Below, one piece after another: positions 1-12,925 of a stretch of 64,000 nt of DNA; position 1 is the first letter of the stretch; every line of letters begins with the position of its first letter. The notes under the pieces are model-generated. The model was not told where the DNA came from, made no database searches, and saw nothing but the letters and a program-made list of their open reading frames with translations. Both the position numbers and the translations under genes were made by a program. Origin of the DNA: Octopus vulgaris (Eukaryota); contig OX597821.1 of the NCBI GenBank assembly GCA_951406725.2, positions 98,890,001-98,954,000 on the forward strand, read 5' to 3'.

Positions 1-206
1 CAGACACACAAACACACACACGCATACATATATGTATATACATATATACGACAGGCTTCTTTCAGTTTCCGTCTACCAAATCCACTCACAAGGCTTTGGT
101 TGGCCTGAGGCTATAGTAGAAGACACTTGCCCAAGGTGCCACGCAGTGGGACTGAACCTGGAACCATGTGGTTGGTTAACAAGCTACTTACCACACAGCC
201 ACGCCT
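1..206 (-). mobile_element. tRNA-derived SINE family A, partial (window edge)
   Basis: Minus-strand head TGGCTGTGTGGTAAG (A box) ... GGTTCAGTCCC (B box); near-identical to copies at 4.6, 12.1, 20.9, 21.9 and 34.1 kb. Confidence 0.9.
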
Positions 207-627
207 GAATGTCTTTTTAACAATTATTGCAAATCTTCAAGTAGGCGGTCAGTCTCTTCATGTCTCTCATCACTGAGTTCTTGAGCCGTCACAACTTCCA
301 GAATAAATATGACCCTTTAGTGGATGAAGTGAAACTTTTGAATTTTGAACCTTCACTTTGTGGATATCAGATTCATTGATAGTTGTATGTCCAGTTTCAT
401 TAAAACACGGTTCCAAGTGGAGATCTCTCTTCCAATTTTGTATCTAAAGCAGTAGTATCCGAGCCCCACGAACAAATGATGCTTCAGAACGCTCTTGAAC
501 TTGATACTGCTACACCTATAAATACGTAAGGCGACTCTTCTGAACCAGACCATCGAGTGGTAGTGAGTGGGGATGGTGAACTCTTCGTTACAACCCCTCC
601 AAACTCAACTATATTAAACAACTAACC

Positions 628-1045
628 TATTTTTTTACTACCCACAAGGGGTTAAACACAGAGGGGGACAAACAAGGACAGACATAGGTATTAAGTCGAT
701 TACATCGACCCCACTTCTTAACTGGTACTTAATTTAATCGACCCCGAAAGGATGAAAGGTAAAGTCGACCTTGGCGGAATTTGAACTCAGAACGTAACGG
801 CAGACGAAATACCTATTTCTTTACTACCCACAAGGGGCTAAACACAGAAGGGACAAACAAGGGCAGACATAGGTATTAAGTCGATTATATCGACCCCAGC
901 GCGTAACTGGTCCTTAATTTATCGACCCCGAAAGGATGAAAGGCAAAGTCGACCTCGGCGGAATTTGAACTCAGAACGTAACGGCAGACGAAATATACCG
1001 CTAACATTTCGCCCGACGTGCTAACGTTTCTGCCAGCTCGCTGCC
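628..1045 (-). mobile_element. tRNA-derived SINE family B, partial tandem dimer with TSD
   Basis: B box GAGTTCAAATTCC and central CTTTCATCCTTTCGGGGTCGATAAATT; flanked by direct repeat TTAAACAACTAACC (614-627, 1046-1059). Confidence 0.9.
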
Positions 1046-2659
1046 TTAAACAACTAACCGCTGAATTCAAGCCATTCGGTATTTCCACTCGGAAATTAAC
1101 GCAAATCTAATACCGAATATATATAAACAGTGTAGGTCATAAGAACATCCTAACCTCAAACTTTAGCAACCATAAGTAAGGTTATTAGACAACAAAAGGC
1201 ATAGGCATGATATAAGTATGAAACATATTCTCGCAGATAAGTTATTTTCAATGTAAGCAACTTTCAGAGCAAAATTAATGTTTCAATTGTTATATTAAAG
1301 TTTCTAGACGGCGGTGTTACACATTCATATCTATGTGTATACGTAGGTATACATGTGTAGAATATGAATGTGTAACATCCCTTCTTCTTGAACAAGCGGT
1401 CAGACGTCAAGTTACCATCCTATTTTTATTTAAACAAGTGTACCTAGGATTACATAATCTATTGTATACAGCTTTTTCAAAGACCGCAGGGTGTTGTTTG
1501 AACAACTTTTTGGCTGCCATTTCTAGCACATCAGTGTCAACGTTCTGTGCTCCTTTATCGGCTCGAGTTTGACAGAGGCTTTTAACGATAATTATAAGAT
1601 GTCATCATTAGGATTAGTATACTGTAAAAAGTTAAAACGACACTGTATTATTCAAAATGTACTTACAGTTGTTTGGCAGAGAGACTTCTTAATAGGTTTT
1701 CAATGACGAAATGTTCAAAAGTTATTTCCCTTCTTCCAACCGGATATCAATTTATTCATTATTTGAAGCACCTTGCCAATTCGGGGTATTTTAGGATTTT
1801 ACTAACTTTGGATCTAACGCATTTTCAGATCTCACCTTTTCCCCCTTTTTTAACTTATTGTTTTAATCTATACTTTAAATATTCTGCTTAACAATTTGTC
1901 TTGCATTTTCTTTACTTTTAATACAATCCTTAAATGTTATCTTATTTAATCTAATTTTTAAATTAATCTCTGCAGACAGACCTTCTACAGAATTCAGAGT
2001 CGTAGAGTTAAACTTTAAAATGGAAACATCTGGTCCTTTTTTGTTTTCTTGAAGATTTTTTCGATTCTAAACGGATTGTTATCAAATTTTCCATTCAGGC
2101 GTAGTTTTGCAGGCTGATGACGAATATCGCGTTTCCCCATCATTTGCAATTTTTCATCTCCGAATATTGGGTCGAGTATGGCAGTAGCAACAAATTTTCT
2201 TTTTCAAAAAATTAATGATAAACAAGATAGAAGTATTTTTAGGCAATGAAATGAGTCCAGTGTCGTCACAAACGGAAATCAAAACTGTTTGCTGCTTCGG
2301 TTGCCATGACAACAGTTTTGTTGAAAATGAAGACAATTTCGTTGATTTCATAAACATTCTGATACGTTGATACGGGAACCGTAAAAATTGCATATTTTTT
2401 TCTTTTTTAAATCTAAATGCTAACAAACAAAAAGGGAGGCTTTTTTTTAAAAAGAATTACATTAAAGAAAAGAAAACAAAAATGAAGCCCTCTTGACTCT
2501 GACGAATTAATGCCATTCTTCTTCAGTTTCTTGTAATAATTTCCATCTACTTTTTGGCAGCACTACAGAGAATTTGAGAACTTTATTATGTCTCCATTTA
2601 TACCTTTCTGGTGCCATTGAGCAGCAGCAAATTTAGTCCATCAAGACTTTGTTCAAAGC

Positions 2660-3870
2660 GCTTTCTTATTTATCATAGTCCATTGGGCCATAATAGAAGA
2701 GCTTAAAACTGGTTGCCTTTGAGAGCATCCATATCCTGATGACCTGGTCCTTATAGCTGAATTTATACTAGAATTTGAGAAAAACATTCAAGTGTGGCCT
2801 GGATTCAAAGGGCATTAGAGTTAATATAGCATAGACCAAAGTCCTAGTAAGCAAAAAGGCACACAAATTACTAATCCTTCCAAGGAAATGGCCCTGCTCA
2901 ATATGCAGAAAAGGTGTAAGAAGAAATTCTGTATGGTGTACTCAGTGCAAGCCATTGTTGCATAAGAAATCATCATCATCATCATCATCGTCGTTTAACG
3001 TCCGCTTTCCATGCTAGCATGGGTTGGACGGTTCAACTGGGGTCTGGCAAGCTCGAAGGCTGCACCAGGCCAGTCAGATCTGGCAGTGTTTCTACAGCTG
3101 GATGCCCTTCCTAACGCCAACCACTCCGAGAGTGTAGTGGGTGATTTTATGTGCCACCGACACAGGTGCCAGGCGAGGCTGGCAGACGGCCACGCTCGGA
3201 TGGTGTTTTTATGTGCCACCGACACAGGTGCCAGACGAGGCTGGCGAACAGCCACGCTCGGATGGTGTTTGTTACGTGCCCTCAGCACGGAGGCCAGTCG
3301 ATGCGGTACTGGCTACGGTCACGCTCGGATGGTTTTCTTATGTGCCACCGGCACTGGTACCAAAAGGATACAAATTCCATTGATGTTCATCTATTTTGAT
3401 TTGGTTTGATTTGATTTGATTTGATTTGATTGATTTGATTTGACAAATGCAGTGGAATTACAGAAAGATTAACAGGGAAAGTAGTCTTTGTGACATGCTG
3501 GAGCAATAAACACTAAGAACACTCAAGAAATAAGATTTCTTCAAATGCCCAGGAGTTTCCTTGAGTAGAAGATAGTTTCTGTTACCTAAGTGACCTAGTT
3601 AACAGCGGAAGAGGATGCTCTGAAAGCATAGTGACAAGAAATTTCAGAAATTGGGGAAACTTCAGAGAGCTATTATCTTTGTTGGTGACAAAGAGCTTCT
3701 CCCTCAGAGTGAAAGACAAATTGTATGATGCTTGTGTATGAACAGCAATGCTACATGGTAGTTAAATGTGGACTGTGAATATGGAGGACATGTAAAGGCT
3801 CAAAAGAAATTACCCTAGCATGCTCTACTGGATATCAATGTGCATGTACAACAAAGTATAAATGTGTTGG
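2660..3870 (+). pseudogene. RTE-type non-LTR retrotransposon RT remnant with PHD-like Cys cluster
   Basis: YPDDLVLIAE (degenerate YADD), WPCSICRKGV..WCTQCK..HKK/CSG, DSFCYL.D, LYDACV; many stops and frameshifts; split by an insertion at 2971-3443. Confidence 0.75.
2971..3443 (-). mobile_element. LINE 3'-UTR/non-autonomous element with (ATG)n tail and internal ~60-bp minisatellite
   Basis: (CAT)n at left end, GCTGGATGCCCTTCCTAACGCCAACC motif, 3-4 ATGTGCCACCG...CACGCTCGGATGG units, (TTTGA)n at right end; host HKK/CSG motif resumes across it. Confidence 0.7.
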
Positions 3871-4247
3871 ACCGAGGTGATGGGTAACTTGCTGTGCTTG
3901 GGAAGATCCATGTCTCTAAGTAAAAATGGGGCCCTAAAGGTATATTGCTTATGTCTCTGCCCCTCTTCCCAACAACACATCTTCCTTAAACCCTTCCCGC
4001 CTATGTTCACTGTTCACTACTTTCTCCTTCCTTCTATCTCCCACTCATCTTTTGTTTACTTGTGAACTTACCTGTGCACAATCTATCCCTGACAGGTCTC
4101 TCTTCCCTGCAACTCATCTTCTTAAACTCCCTCCCTCACTTGTGTTCACCCTCTCATGAACTCGCCTACCCATTCTATCCAATCATCTGTACTGCCTCAC
4201 TTATATACCCATCCTTGTAACTTGAGAGAGCATCTGACACATCTTCC

Positions 4248-4341
4248 CCTCGGCGGAATTTGAACTCAGAATGTAACGGCAGATGAAATACCGCCAAGCA
4301 TTTCACCCGGCGTGCTAACGTTTCTGCCAGCTCACCGCCTT
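4248..4341 (-). mobile_element. SINE family B head fragment
   Basis: Matches tRNA-like head of the 811-1045 copy. Confidence 0.8.
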
Positions 4342-4525
4342 CCATGACTTCTAATACCCGGCACTTTGAGAGTGTCATTTCCATTGCCTCAAGTCACAGC
4401 CCACTGGTGAATAAGAAAACATGTACGTTGTGTCTGCGTGCTCAATAATGTTCATGATAAATGTTTATGATAAAATGTTTATGATAAAAATGTACTCTAC
4501 AAAGAGTATGAGTAATTTCAGTTTA

Positions 4526-4600
4526 CAGTAATCCCTCAACTATCGCGGGTATTACGTTCCAAAACCCCCTGCGATAGGTGAAAATCTGCAAAGTAGAAAC
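4526..4600. mobile_element. Tigger/pogo-like MITE end
   Basis: TA-CAGTAATCCCTC terminus followed by ATCGCGGG...CCTGCGAT subterminal palindrome; second TIR not seen. Confidence 0.45.
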
Positions 4601-4607
4601 AGTACTG

Positions 4608-5020
4608 TACTCTTTTACTCTTTTACTTGTTTCAGTCATTTGACTGCAGCCATGCTGAAGCACCACCTTTTTTATTTTTTTAATCGAGCAACTTTGTAAG
4701 CCCAGTACTTATTCTATCGGTCTCTTTTTGCCAAACCGCTAAGTGACGGGATCATAAACACACCAGCATCGGTTGTCAAGTGATGTTGGGGAACAAACAC
4801 AGACACACAAACCTATATACACAATACATACATATATATATATATATACATATATACGACGGGCTTCTTTTCAGTTTCCGTCTACCAAATCCACTCACAA
4901 GGCTTTGGTCGGCCCGAGACTATAGTAGAAGACACTTGCCCAAGGTGCCACGCAGTGGGACTGAACCCGGAACCATGTGGTTGGTAAGCAAGCTACTTAC
5001 CACACAGCCACTCCTACGCC
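4608..5020 (-). mobile_element. SINE family A, near full length
   Basis: Head GGCGTAGGAGTGGCTGTGTGG, internal (CA/TA) tract, (AAAAGAGT)n-like tail. Confidence 0.92.
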
Positions 5021-5313
5021 TGGTGTAGTTTGAAAGAGAGTCTGGGTCCATTGCCATGACAGTCTCTTTGAGATGAAAGAGATAAAAGCACTGGCAACAT
5101 TGAAACATGCCATTTGAAGGCTGCAAGAAAAATATTCACTGGAGAGAGAATTCTAGAGAGCTGACATTTTAAGTATGGAAGACTGACCATGGGTAAGTAG
5201 GGAGATTAGGGTGGGTTGTAGACACAACACGGATGATGAACAGAGAAATGAGTGAGTTAGGAGTGCCTGAGTGTGGTGATTCTAGATTAGCCAGGTAGTG
5301 GATTAGAGCCACT

Positions 5314-5534
5314 GGATCTTTTCCTTTAGATAGACAGAATTCAACCCAATTTCTAGTTAACTAAACAATTTGAAACTTCGTATACTGGTAGAATGTGTCA
5401 AAAGAAAACATTATTTTCACTTGGCTTTTTTGATAAATTTGTAAGTTGTAAGTTTAACGTAGTTTAATTCTTCGAATTTTAACCAATGAATCGCCAGTAT
5501 TTGAGCTCAAATCATTATCTAAAGGAAAAGATCC
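5314..5534. mobile_element. MITE with 19-bp TIR and 8-bp TSD (Merlin- or hAT-like)
   Basis: GGATCTTTTCCTTTAGATA...TATCTAAAGGAAAAGATCC; TSD GAGCCACT at 5306-5313 and 5535-5542. Confidence 0.88.
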
Positions 5535-6489
5535 GAGCCACTATACCTACGGCAGAGTAAGAGGAAACAGCATTCCGATTATCAGTCGTGTAGCATGAAT
5601 TTACTCAGGGTTGTAAAAGAGTCAGTATGGGAAAAGCGATGTTATTGAATAATTAAGGGTTGACGTAGTAAATGCACAGAATATTATATATAAATTTAAA
5701 AAATATTCCGAGAAAAAATGTGATTAAAATTTCAGTTTCCGGTGATGTCAATTTTGAGATATTATTTTGGCCAGTTCAAATATATTTGAGCGCGTTTTAA
5801 CCACGACTATCCTATGATTATAGTGGAAATTTGATAGAAAATTTCGATCTAAATATATGCTTGCTCTTTTATGGATTTGTGGGGGAAAATTTGGCCGTTA
5901 AAAACGATTACTTCCTCGTTCACTTATCTTATAACTAAATAGTAAGATAAGTTGTGAAATTGCTTTGTTGAGTATTTAAGGCAGCATCTCACAATAGTTG
6001 TCTCCCCTACATCACTTTAAAATATTTTAGAAAATCGCTGTTTTGCACGTTAAATATGCCTATATTTTACTCGCCGAATTTTTGCCGCAAATTTCAGAAT
6101 GTCGAAGCTGTTGCGGTGACAACTCCATTCTCAAATTCATCCACCAGCTGTTTGCAAATATAGAATGCCGAATAGTTGTTTTAATAACTCCATACCCATG
6201 CTTCCATTCTCCAGCCGTGCAGAAAAGAACACAATATTCCTCCAGTTGTGAAAGCATAGCCACAGATCTATATGCACCAGCTATTTTGTCATAGATAACA
6301 GTTTTTTCTCTCACACTGTGTATAAATTGTTGTTTGTATTCTTCATTCAAAGATCAACACAAAAAAAAAACACTATGCACAGTGTAGTTTGGGGAACTGT
6401 AATATGAAGATCAAAGTGCGATTCACTTACCTCTGTGTCGACTGTCCGGCTAGGTTAACTCCAGTGTCATTTTCATTTGACACTGCTAG

Positions 6490-6900
6490 AAAAAAATCCC
6501 ATTTTCCGTAGCGGTGTCGTATGAAATTGTCACCCACAATTATAACCCTAGTATCGATCTATTGCATTTCAATCTATTTTAGATTTAGGGTTAGTTAGGG
6601 TTAGGGTTGGGGAAGGGTATCTTTTTTCTTCGCAAATGTAAATAAACCCAATCTGTTTCTTAAACGAGGGACATATTCATACAGCACAGAATGTTGTTTA
6701 CGTCAATGGAGGTCAGCGATTGGTTAAAATTGCCGAATTGCTTGAAATTAAAGTGGAAATATGTTACAACATATAGAATTTTCTCAATAAAGCCAAGAAA
6801 AAATGATGTTTTATAAACACATTCTACCAGTATACGAAGTTTAAAAGTGTTTAGTTAACTAGAAATTGTGTTGACATGTGCCGTTCAAAAGGAAAGATCC
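6490..6900 (-). mobile_element. Related DNA-transposon end with internal TTAGGG-like repeats
   Basis: 6780-6900 is an inverted homolog of 5314-5440 ending AAAGGAAAGATCC; short degenerate TTAGGG run at about 6585-6610. Confidence 0.6.
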
Positions 6901-7469
6901 CCTACACCAGTGACCAATTCGCTACAGTAGTGATTCCGGTCAGGAAAAAAGCCATGCCTCTTGGTTATGAGAAAATTTCTACGTCACCTTTTGGCGGAAA
7001 AGATTCTCTCTGAAAAGACATGACGCGAAGAGGTTTTACGAGAAGAAATGCATAACCTGAGTCGACTCCAAATTCGAACTACCCGACGTGTGGAATTTCT
7101 CTATGAAACATTTCTTCGACCAACCAATGTTCACTTTTACTACCATTTTTACCACGCAAAATTTTCTCCTACTGGCGACGTCGAACTGTGTTCGTGTGTT
7201 CGATAGCTGCTAAACAGCAGTGTCTGTGTGTTCGACACACGCGAACCTCTCTGTTGCGAGCTCCATATTTCACTGTGTCATATTTTCCTTTGTCAGGTTT
7301 CTTTGCGTTTTCCTTTATCCTCGTCCTTGTCTCCTGACATTTTTTCTCATTGGAGGACGTTATCCTGTTTACTCGACCCCACGTGTGGAATTTTCTTCGA
7401 CGTATCTTGTTTTTGGTCACGTCCAGCTCGTTCTTCCTCCTTCTAGACGCGTGTTCTGTTTTCCCCGCC

Positions 7470-9530
7470 GAAGATGAGCCACATCACTCTGCCCCACTAT
7501 CATAGCTGTCCTAAGATGTGATTTGCCCAGCTGGAATTATACTTCGTATCCAATAAAATTCAGTCGGCTCAACAGAGATTGCACATCGTATTGAGTGGAA
7601 TTCCTTCGCCTTTAGCACTCATCGTCAGAGACCTAATCACAGACACGCCACCAGATGCTTCCTACGATAGTATAAAAGCAGAGATCCTTCGCAGGAATTC
7701 TAAATCCTCCGAGAGTCGCTTTCGTACACTCTTAGAGGACGAACATTTGGGGGATAGAACCCCAACAGAAATTTTACGCAGAATTCGCGAGTTGGCCGAC
7801 GGCTCAACGGAAGAAAATTCATCATGAAGGAAGTATTTTTCTCTCGGCTTCCACCCAATATCCAGTCCATCCTAGCGACCATGAAGGGGTGGGGGTTAAC
7901 TCTCTTGAACAAATAGCAACGTCTGCGGACGAGATACTGGAATTCTCCAAATCTTCCTCGACCGCTGTATCTATCGCTTTATCCACAGATACCCGGGATT
8001 CTTCTTCGATCGATGGGGCAATTAACGATTTAGCGCAACAGGTTTTGCGGTTGCGTCGTGTGCGTTCCTCTTCTTCCTGATCGTCTTCCAGGAATCGTTT
8101 TAGCCATCGTTCTTCTTCTCGCCAGCGTGCCATTACTTCGTCCGACACGCCGTATTGGTACCATCGACGATTTGGGGATAAGGTACCGTCAATGTAGACA
8201 GCCTTGCTCCTACTCTCCACAGGCAAACTAGACCGGGAGACCCTGAGCACGTCAGCTTCGTTCTACTCCTCATCTTGCATTTTTTGTTAGAGACGTCAAC
8301 TCCTCTAAGCTTTTCGTGGTCGACACAGGAGCCAGCGTCAGTATTTGGCCCTTATGTTTCACCTCGACTAGGCCTCAACCTTCCGATATTTCTCTGTATG
8401 CTGTTAACCACTCTACTATCCGGACCTACGGACAGATTTCCTTAGATTTTAAATAGATTTTCGTCATCGCGGATTTGCCTTTTCCAATATTGGGCGCGGA
8501 CTTTCTACACCATTACTCATTATTGGTTGATGTGAGAAGGCAGCGGCTTCTTGATGATATCACCTCCTTATCAACTCCTACGAAGATTTCTACTGTCGCT
8601 CCTGTAAGTCCCTCTTGCCTCAAGAAACCCGTACCACGCATTGCTTGCTTCTTTTCCGGAGCTTACTGATTTGTCGTTTAAACTGTAGCAGATGTGGCGC
8701 GAATTGGCAATATGACGTAGTGTCTTTGCCAATTCGCGCCACATTTCAAAATGGCTAAAATGCTACCGCTACAAAACCAACCGAGCCAGTGACACAGCTG
8801 AACATCATCATCAACACCTATCTCAGTTGTTCCAGCGTCTCCTGTCGTACAATGTCAAGGTCAACCCAGGCAAAGTGTGTATTTGGTTCAACTTCACTGG
8901 AGTTCCTGGGACATCTTATAGAATCTGAAGGCACTCAGCCTCTGCTGGTGAAGGTGGAAGCGATTCAGCAACTTTCACCCCACCTCCTTAAAACAGTTAC
9001 GTCAGTTCCTAGGGTTAATCAACTTCTATCGTCGCTTTATTCCTCGCTGTGCGAACAAGTTGTTTCCCTTGCTTCAGCTTTTGAAGGACAAGAAAAAGAA
9101 AGATTCTCCTGTTTCTCTTTCTTCCGACGCTTTGCAGTCTTTTGAATCCGTCAAATCTCATCTTGCTTAAGTGTCCTTTCTCACCTCTCATCCTATAGCG
9201 AATGCAGAACTATCCTTAACCGTTGATGCATCAAACGTTGGTACTGGCGCTGTATTGCAACAGACATTCAACCACCAGACTCAATCACTAGCGTGTTTCT
9301 TACGCCAGCTGAGACCAGCCGAGCAACGGTATAGCACTTTCGATGGAGAACTGCTAGCTGTTTATCTTGCTGTGAGACACTTCCACCATCCCCTTGAAGG
9401 CAAAGAGTTCACGATATTCACGAACCATTGATCGCTCATATTCGCGCTACAATCCAAGTCGGAGAATTACTCACCGAAGTCATACTTGGACTTCATTTTT
9501 CAGTTCACCAGTGACATACGCCTTATTGCT
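7470..9530 (+). pseudogene. Ty3/Gypsy LTR retrotransposon gag-pol remnant
   Basis: Gag LGDRTPTEILRRIRELA and WYHRRFG knuckle; protease VDTGASVS and ILGADFL; RT end KCVFG..LEFLGHLI; RNase H VDAS..GAVLQQ and ELLAVYLAVRHF; most of the RT core is deleted. Confidence 0.9.
8684..8773. mobile_element. 90-bp TGT...ACA mini-element with 4-bp TSD
   Basis: TGTAGC...GCTACA ends, TSD AAAC, internal 19-bp inverted repeat ATGTGGCGCGAATTGGCAA. Confidence 0.75.
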
Positions 9531-9539
9531 GGATCTGTT

Positions 9540-9628
9540 GTGGAGGCGCAATGGCCCAGTGGTTAGGGCAGCGGACTCGCGGTCGTAGGATCGTGGTTTC
9601 GATTCCCAGACCGGGCGTTGTGAGTGTC
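9540..9628 (+). mobile_element. SINE family C head (tRNA-Arg-like)
   Basis: GGAGGCGCAATGGCCCAGTGGTTAGGGCAGCGGACTCGCGG...GGTTTCGATTCCC, as at 51628. Confidence 0.85.
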
Positions 9629-9699
9629 ACTGTTGGTTTGGCCTTCCTCTATCGGGGTCACTATTGATGGGATATTCTTTCTTCGTCGAAGTGACCTGA

Positions 9700-10270
9700 A
9701 CGTTTGAAGATTGTCAATAAACACAATGTCTTCTGCATCCACCAAAACTGAGACCAATACCTTGCCAGCAGATGACATGATCTTGGGCTTCTTTGGACCA
9801 GGTGAGGAGGGGTGTTTCCACTGCGTGGATTGTCTCTTTATCTCTGGCTCAAAGTGATGAAGCCAACACTCATCCTTTAGGAAACGTTCAAGGAAACCAG
9901 CTGGATCTACCGCAAACAATGTCAAATTTTTCCGTGATGATTTCAGCCTGGTGCAATATTGAACAGGTGCCAGAAAACGTGGCACCCACCGAGCATAAAT
10001 CTTCGTCATGCCAAGTTCATTGTGAAGAATATTTTCGATTTTCTCACAGGTTATGCTTAAAGCATTGGTTATTTGATTTATTATTAACCATCGCCCATCC
10101 ATCACCACGTGCTGAGCACGATCAATGTTTTCCTCAGTGGTGACAGTTGCAGGACGTCCAGATCTTGAGTCATCTTCAAGATTCTCCATTCTCCTCCTAA
10201 ATTTAGTTGCGCACTTTTGCACTCCTGAGAAAGTTGGAGCGTCATCTCCTAATGTAGCAGCCATGAGTGG
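9700..10270 (-). pseudogene. mariner transposase remnant
   Basis: LEDDSRSGRP, WVPR motif, DECWLHHFEPE..QS.QW, SAGKVL; truncated. Confidence 0.9.
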
Positions 10271-10289
10271 ACCCTTGCCCTAAGGGTCC

Positions 10290-11204
10290 TAAAAAATGCG
10301 CTTGGTCTGGGTGCTTTAATAAATTCAAATAGTCAGTGCCTTCATGATAGGAAATCCATGGGCATGCATTGTCATGCAACAATAACACTTGCTTTGGCAG
10401 TAGACCTTGGCGTCTAGTGTGAATTACTGGTTTCAGTTTGTTGGTCAGTATTTCACTGTAGTCTACTGTGTAACCCTTTTCCAGCTAATGCTTCAGTGTA
10501 GGATCTTTTGCGCTAACCCAAAACGGTTAACATCACGTTTTCTGTGAAAGGTTGAGTCTTGAATTTCCTTTTCGTTGGGGACTCCAGGTGTTTCTATTCC
10601 ATACTCTACCTTTTGGATAATGGTTCAAAGTGATGAACCCAGATCTTCTCTCCTGTGGCTATTGCCTCCAGAGAATGTTTCCTCTTCATCGTTGTAGTGG
10701 TCGAATAACCGTTACCAGATCTCAACACGATTGCGCATACGCTCATCGGTAAGCTCTCACCCATCTCTCACAGACTTTACGGAAGCGAAGCTCGTCGTGG
10801 ATGATTTCATATGCAGAACCATTGTTATTTGCAGAGAACACGCCACTTTATCGATGGTTACTCGTCCGTTCGAAATTGTTGAATCTTCATATCAGTGGTG
10901 GTGATTGATGGACGTTATGCTCATTCTCCGTGCTTCACACTTGTTTGTCTGGCCATTTAAAAACTTCTCGGATCACTTATCTCTGTTCTTCCCTTGGGCA
11001 CACGTCCAGCAGAGCAGCCACGTTTACTCTGTAACACAAGAAAAAAAAAACTGGAGCGATCAAGGTCAAACGCTGAAGGCAATGCAGCGAGCGCTGAATG
11101 CAATATGGCAAGCGTTGAATGCAATGCAGCGAGCGGTGAAGGCGATGCAGCCAATCTAAAGAAAGTTTTGGCGAAAGTACGGATAGTTTTTGACTTGCCC
11201 GAGT
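10290..11204 (-). pseudogene. Second, more decayed mariner remnant with TIR
   Basis: Minus-strand IWVHHFEP and LLLHDNA motifs; TA-CTCGGGCAAGTCAAAAACTATCCG terminus at about 11178-11204. Confidence 0.7.
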
Positions 11205-11370
11205 ATTTTTTATATTTCAGACTTGATATCTCCGGAGTAAAACAGATGAGTCAAGATGAAATGAAGAATGATTGGAAGTTTTAATAGAACAGACGGATTA
11301 TTAATAAGACGCACAGAAACATCAGCTTGTCATGTCGAAATGTGGTTTTCTTTCGTTTTCAGTCTTTCTT

Positions 11371-11450
<80 letters not shown>

Positions 11451-12054
11451 TTATCCTCTCTCTCTCTTTCTCTCTCTCTCTCTCTATCTGTCTATCTATC
11501 TAGCACACGCTTCCCACTCATTTGTCATTATATATATATATTTCGATCGATAGATAAATAGATAACCTAATGTACAAACACACACATGCATACAATCACA
11601 CGTGCACACACACACACACACACACACACACGTGTACACTCACACACTCATACATAAAGAGACGGAAAAGGAGAATATATTTGGAATGCTGGCGTTATTA
11701 ACATTTCTCTATTTAAACTTATATTTTTGTAAAATAGTACACGATTTCAAATTACTGTACAAGATAAACTGTTTATATATAAAAATAGTCAAGTTATCTG
11801 CTCTGTAAATCCGATTGTTGATTTTTATAAGGTTTGAATATGTTTATAACTCCATAAAAGTGATCAGATTAAATAGGTTTAAAAGTTAAACAATATAAAG
11901 ATAAATTGTTTTCTATCTTTTATCGTATTTTAAACTGCGCAGTTTTTAAAGATAGATTTTTTTAGATGAGGAATTTTATTAGTAATTGGATTCCTCTATA
12001 TTTTGTATGAAATATAATTGCTTCCTTGAAGTAAATATGATTTGATATCAGTAT

Positions 12055-12417
12055 TACTCTTTTACTTATTTCAGTCATTTGACTGCGGCCATGCTGGAGC
12101 ATCGCCTTTAGTCGAGCAAATCGACCCCGGGACTTATTCTTTGTAAGCCCAGTACTTATTCTATCGGTCTCTTTTGCCGAACCGCTAAGTTACGGGGACG
12201 TAAACACACCAGCATCGGTTGTCAAGCAATGCTAGGGGGACAAACACAAACACACAACAAACACACACATATATATATATACATATATACGACAGGCTTC
12301 TTTCAGTTTCCGTCTACCAAATCCACTCACAAGGCATTGGTCGGCACGGGGCTATAGCAGAAGACACTTGCCCAAGATGCCACGCAGTGGGACTGAACCC
12401 AGAACCATGTGGTTGGT
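12055..12417 (-). mobile_element. SINE family A, 5'-truncated
   Basis: High identity to other family A copies. Confidence 0.92.
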
Positions 12418-12493
12418 TTGACGGCGTGCTTTTAGAATCGTTAAAGAGTCAGATATAATGATTTGTAATATTTGTTCCAGTTTTAAAAAAACG

Positions 12494-12700
12494 GCAAACT
12501 AGCAGAATCGTTAGCACACCGGATAAAATGCTTAGCAACATTTCGTACGTCTTAACATTCTTGACTTCAAATGCCACTTGGGGTAGACTTTGCCTTTCAT
12601 GCTTTCTGGGTCGATAAAATAAGTACCAGTTGAATATTGGAGCCGATCTAATCAACACATCCCCTCCCACGAAATCGCTGGCCTTGAGCCAAAATTTTAA
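12494..12700 (+). mobile_element. Diverged SINE family B copy
   Basis: GCAGAATCGTTAGCAC...CTTTGCCTTTCAT...GGTCGATAAAATAAGTACCAG. Confidence 0.75.
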
Positions 12701-12824
12701 ATCAACATTGAAAATTAAACTGAAACAAAACAAGAATAAATTACTTTCTCTGTTCCATAGTATTTGAACCCGCATATTTTTTTACAGATTTGATTTTTAA
12801 AAGACGAATTTTAATAATTTGTTT

Positions 12825-12925
12825 AAATGTCGCGCACATATGGTTGTGATGCATGTGCCTGGTGTACTCTTTTGATGGCATGCGCTATTTTCTCACTCAA
12901 TAATAGTAATAATAATAATAATAAC

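Noticed and set aside
1300-2450. Possible ancient DNA-transposon coding remnant
   Set aside because: No diagnostic motif identifiable by eye.
3145-3360. CRISPR-like repeat array
   Set aside because: Eukaryotic context; the units are contiguous tandem repeats without unique spacers, and there are no cas genes.
6585-6612. Telomere
   Set aside because: Only about 3-4 degenerate TTAGGG units inside a transposon end.
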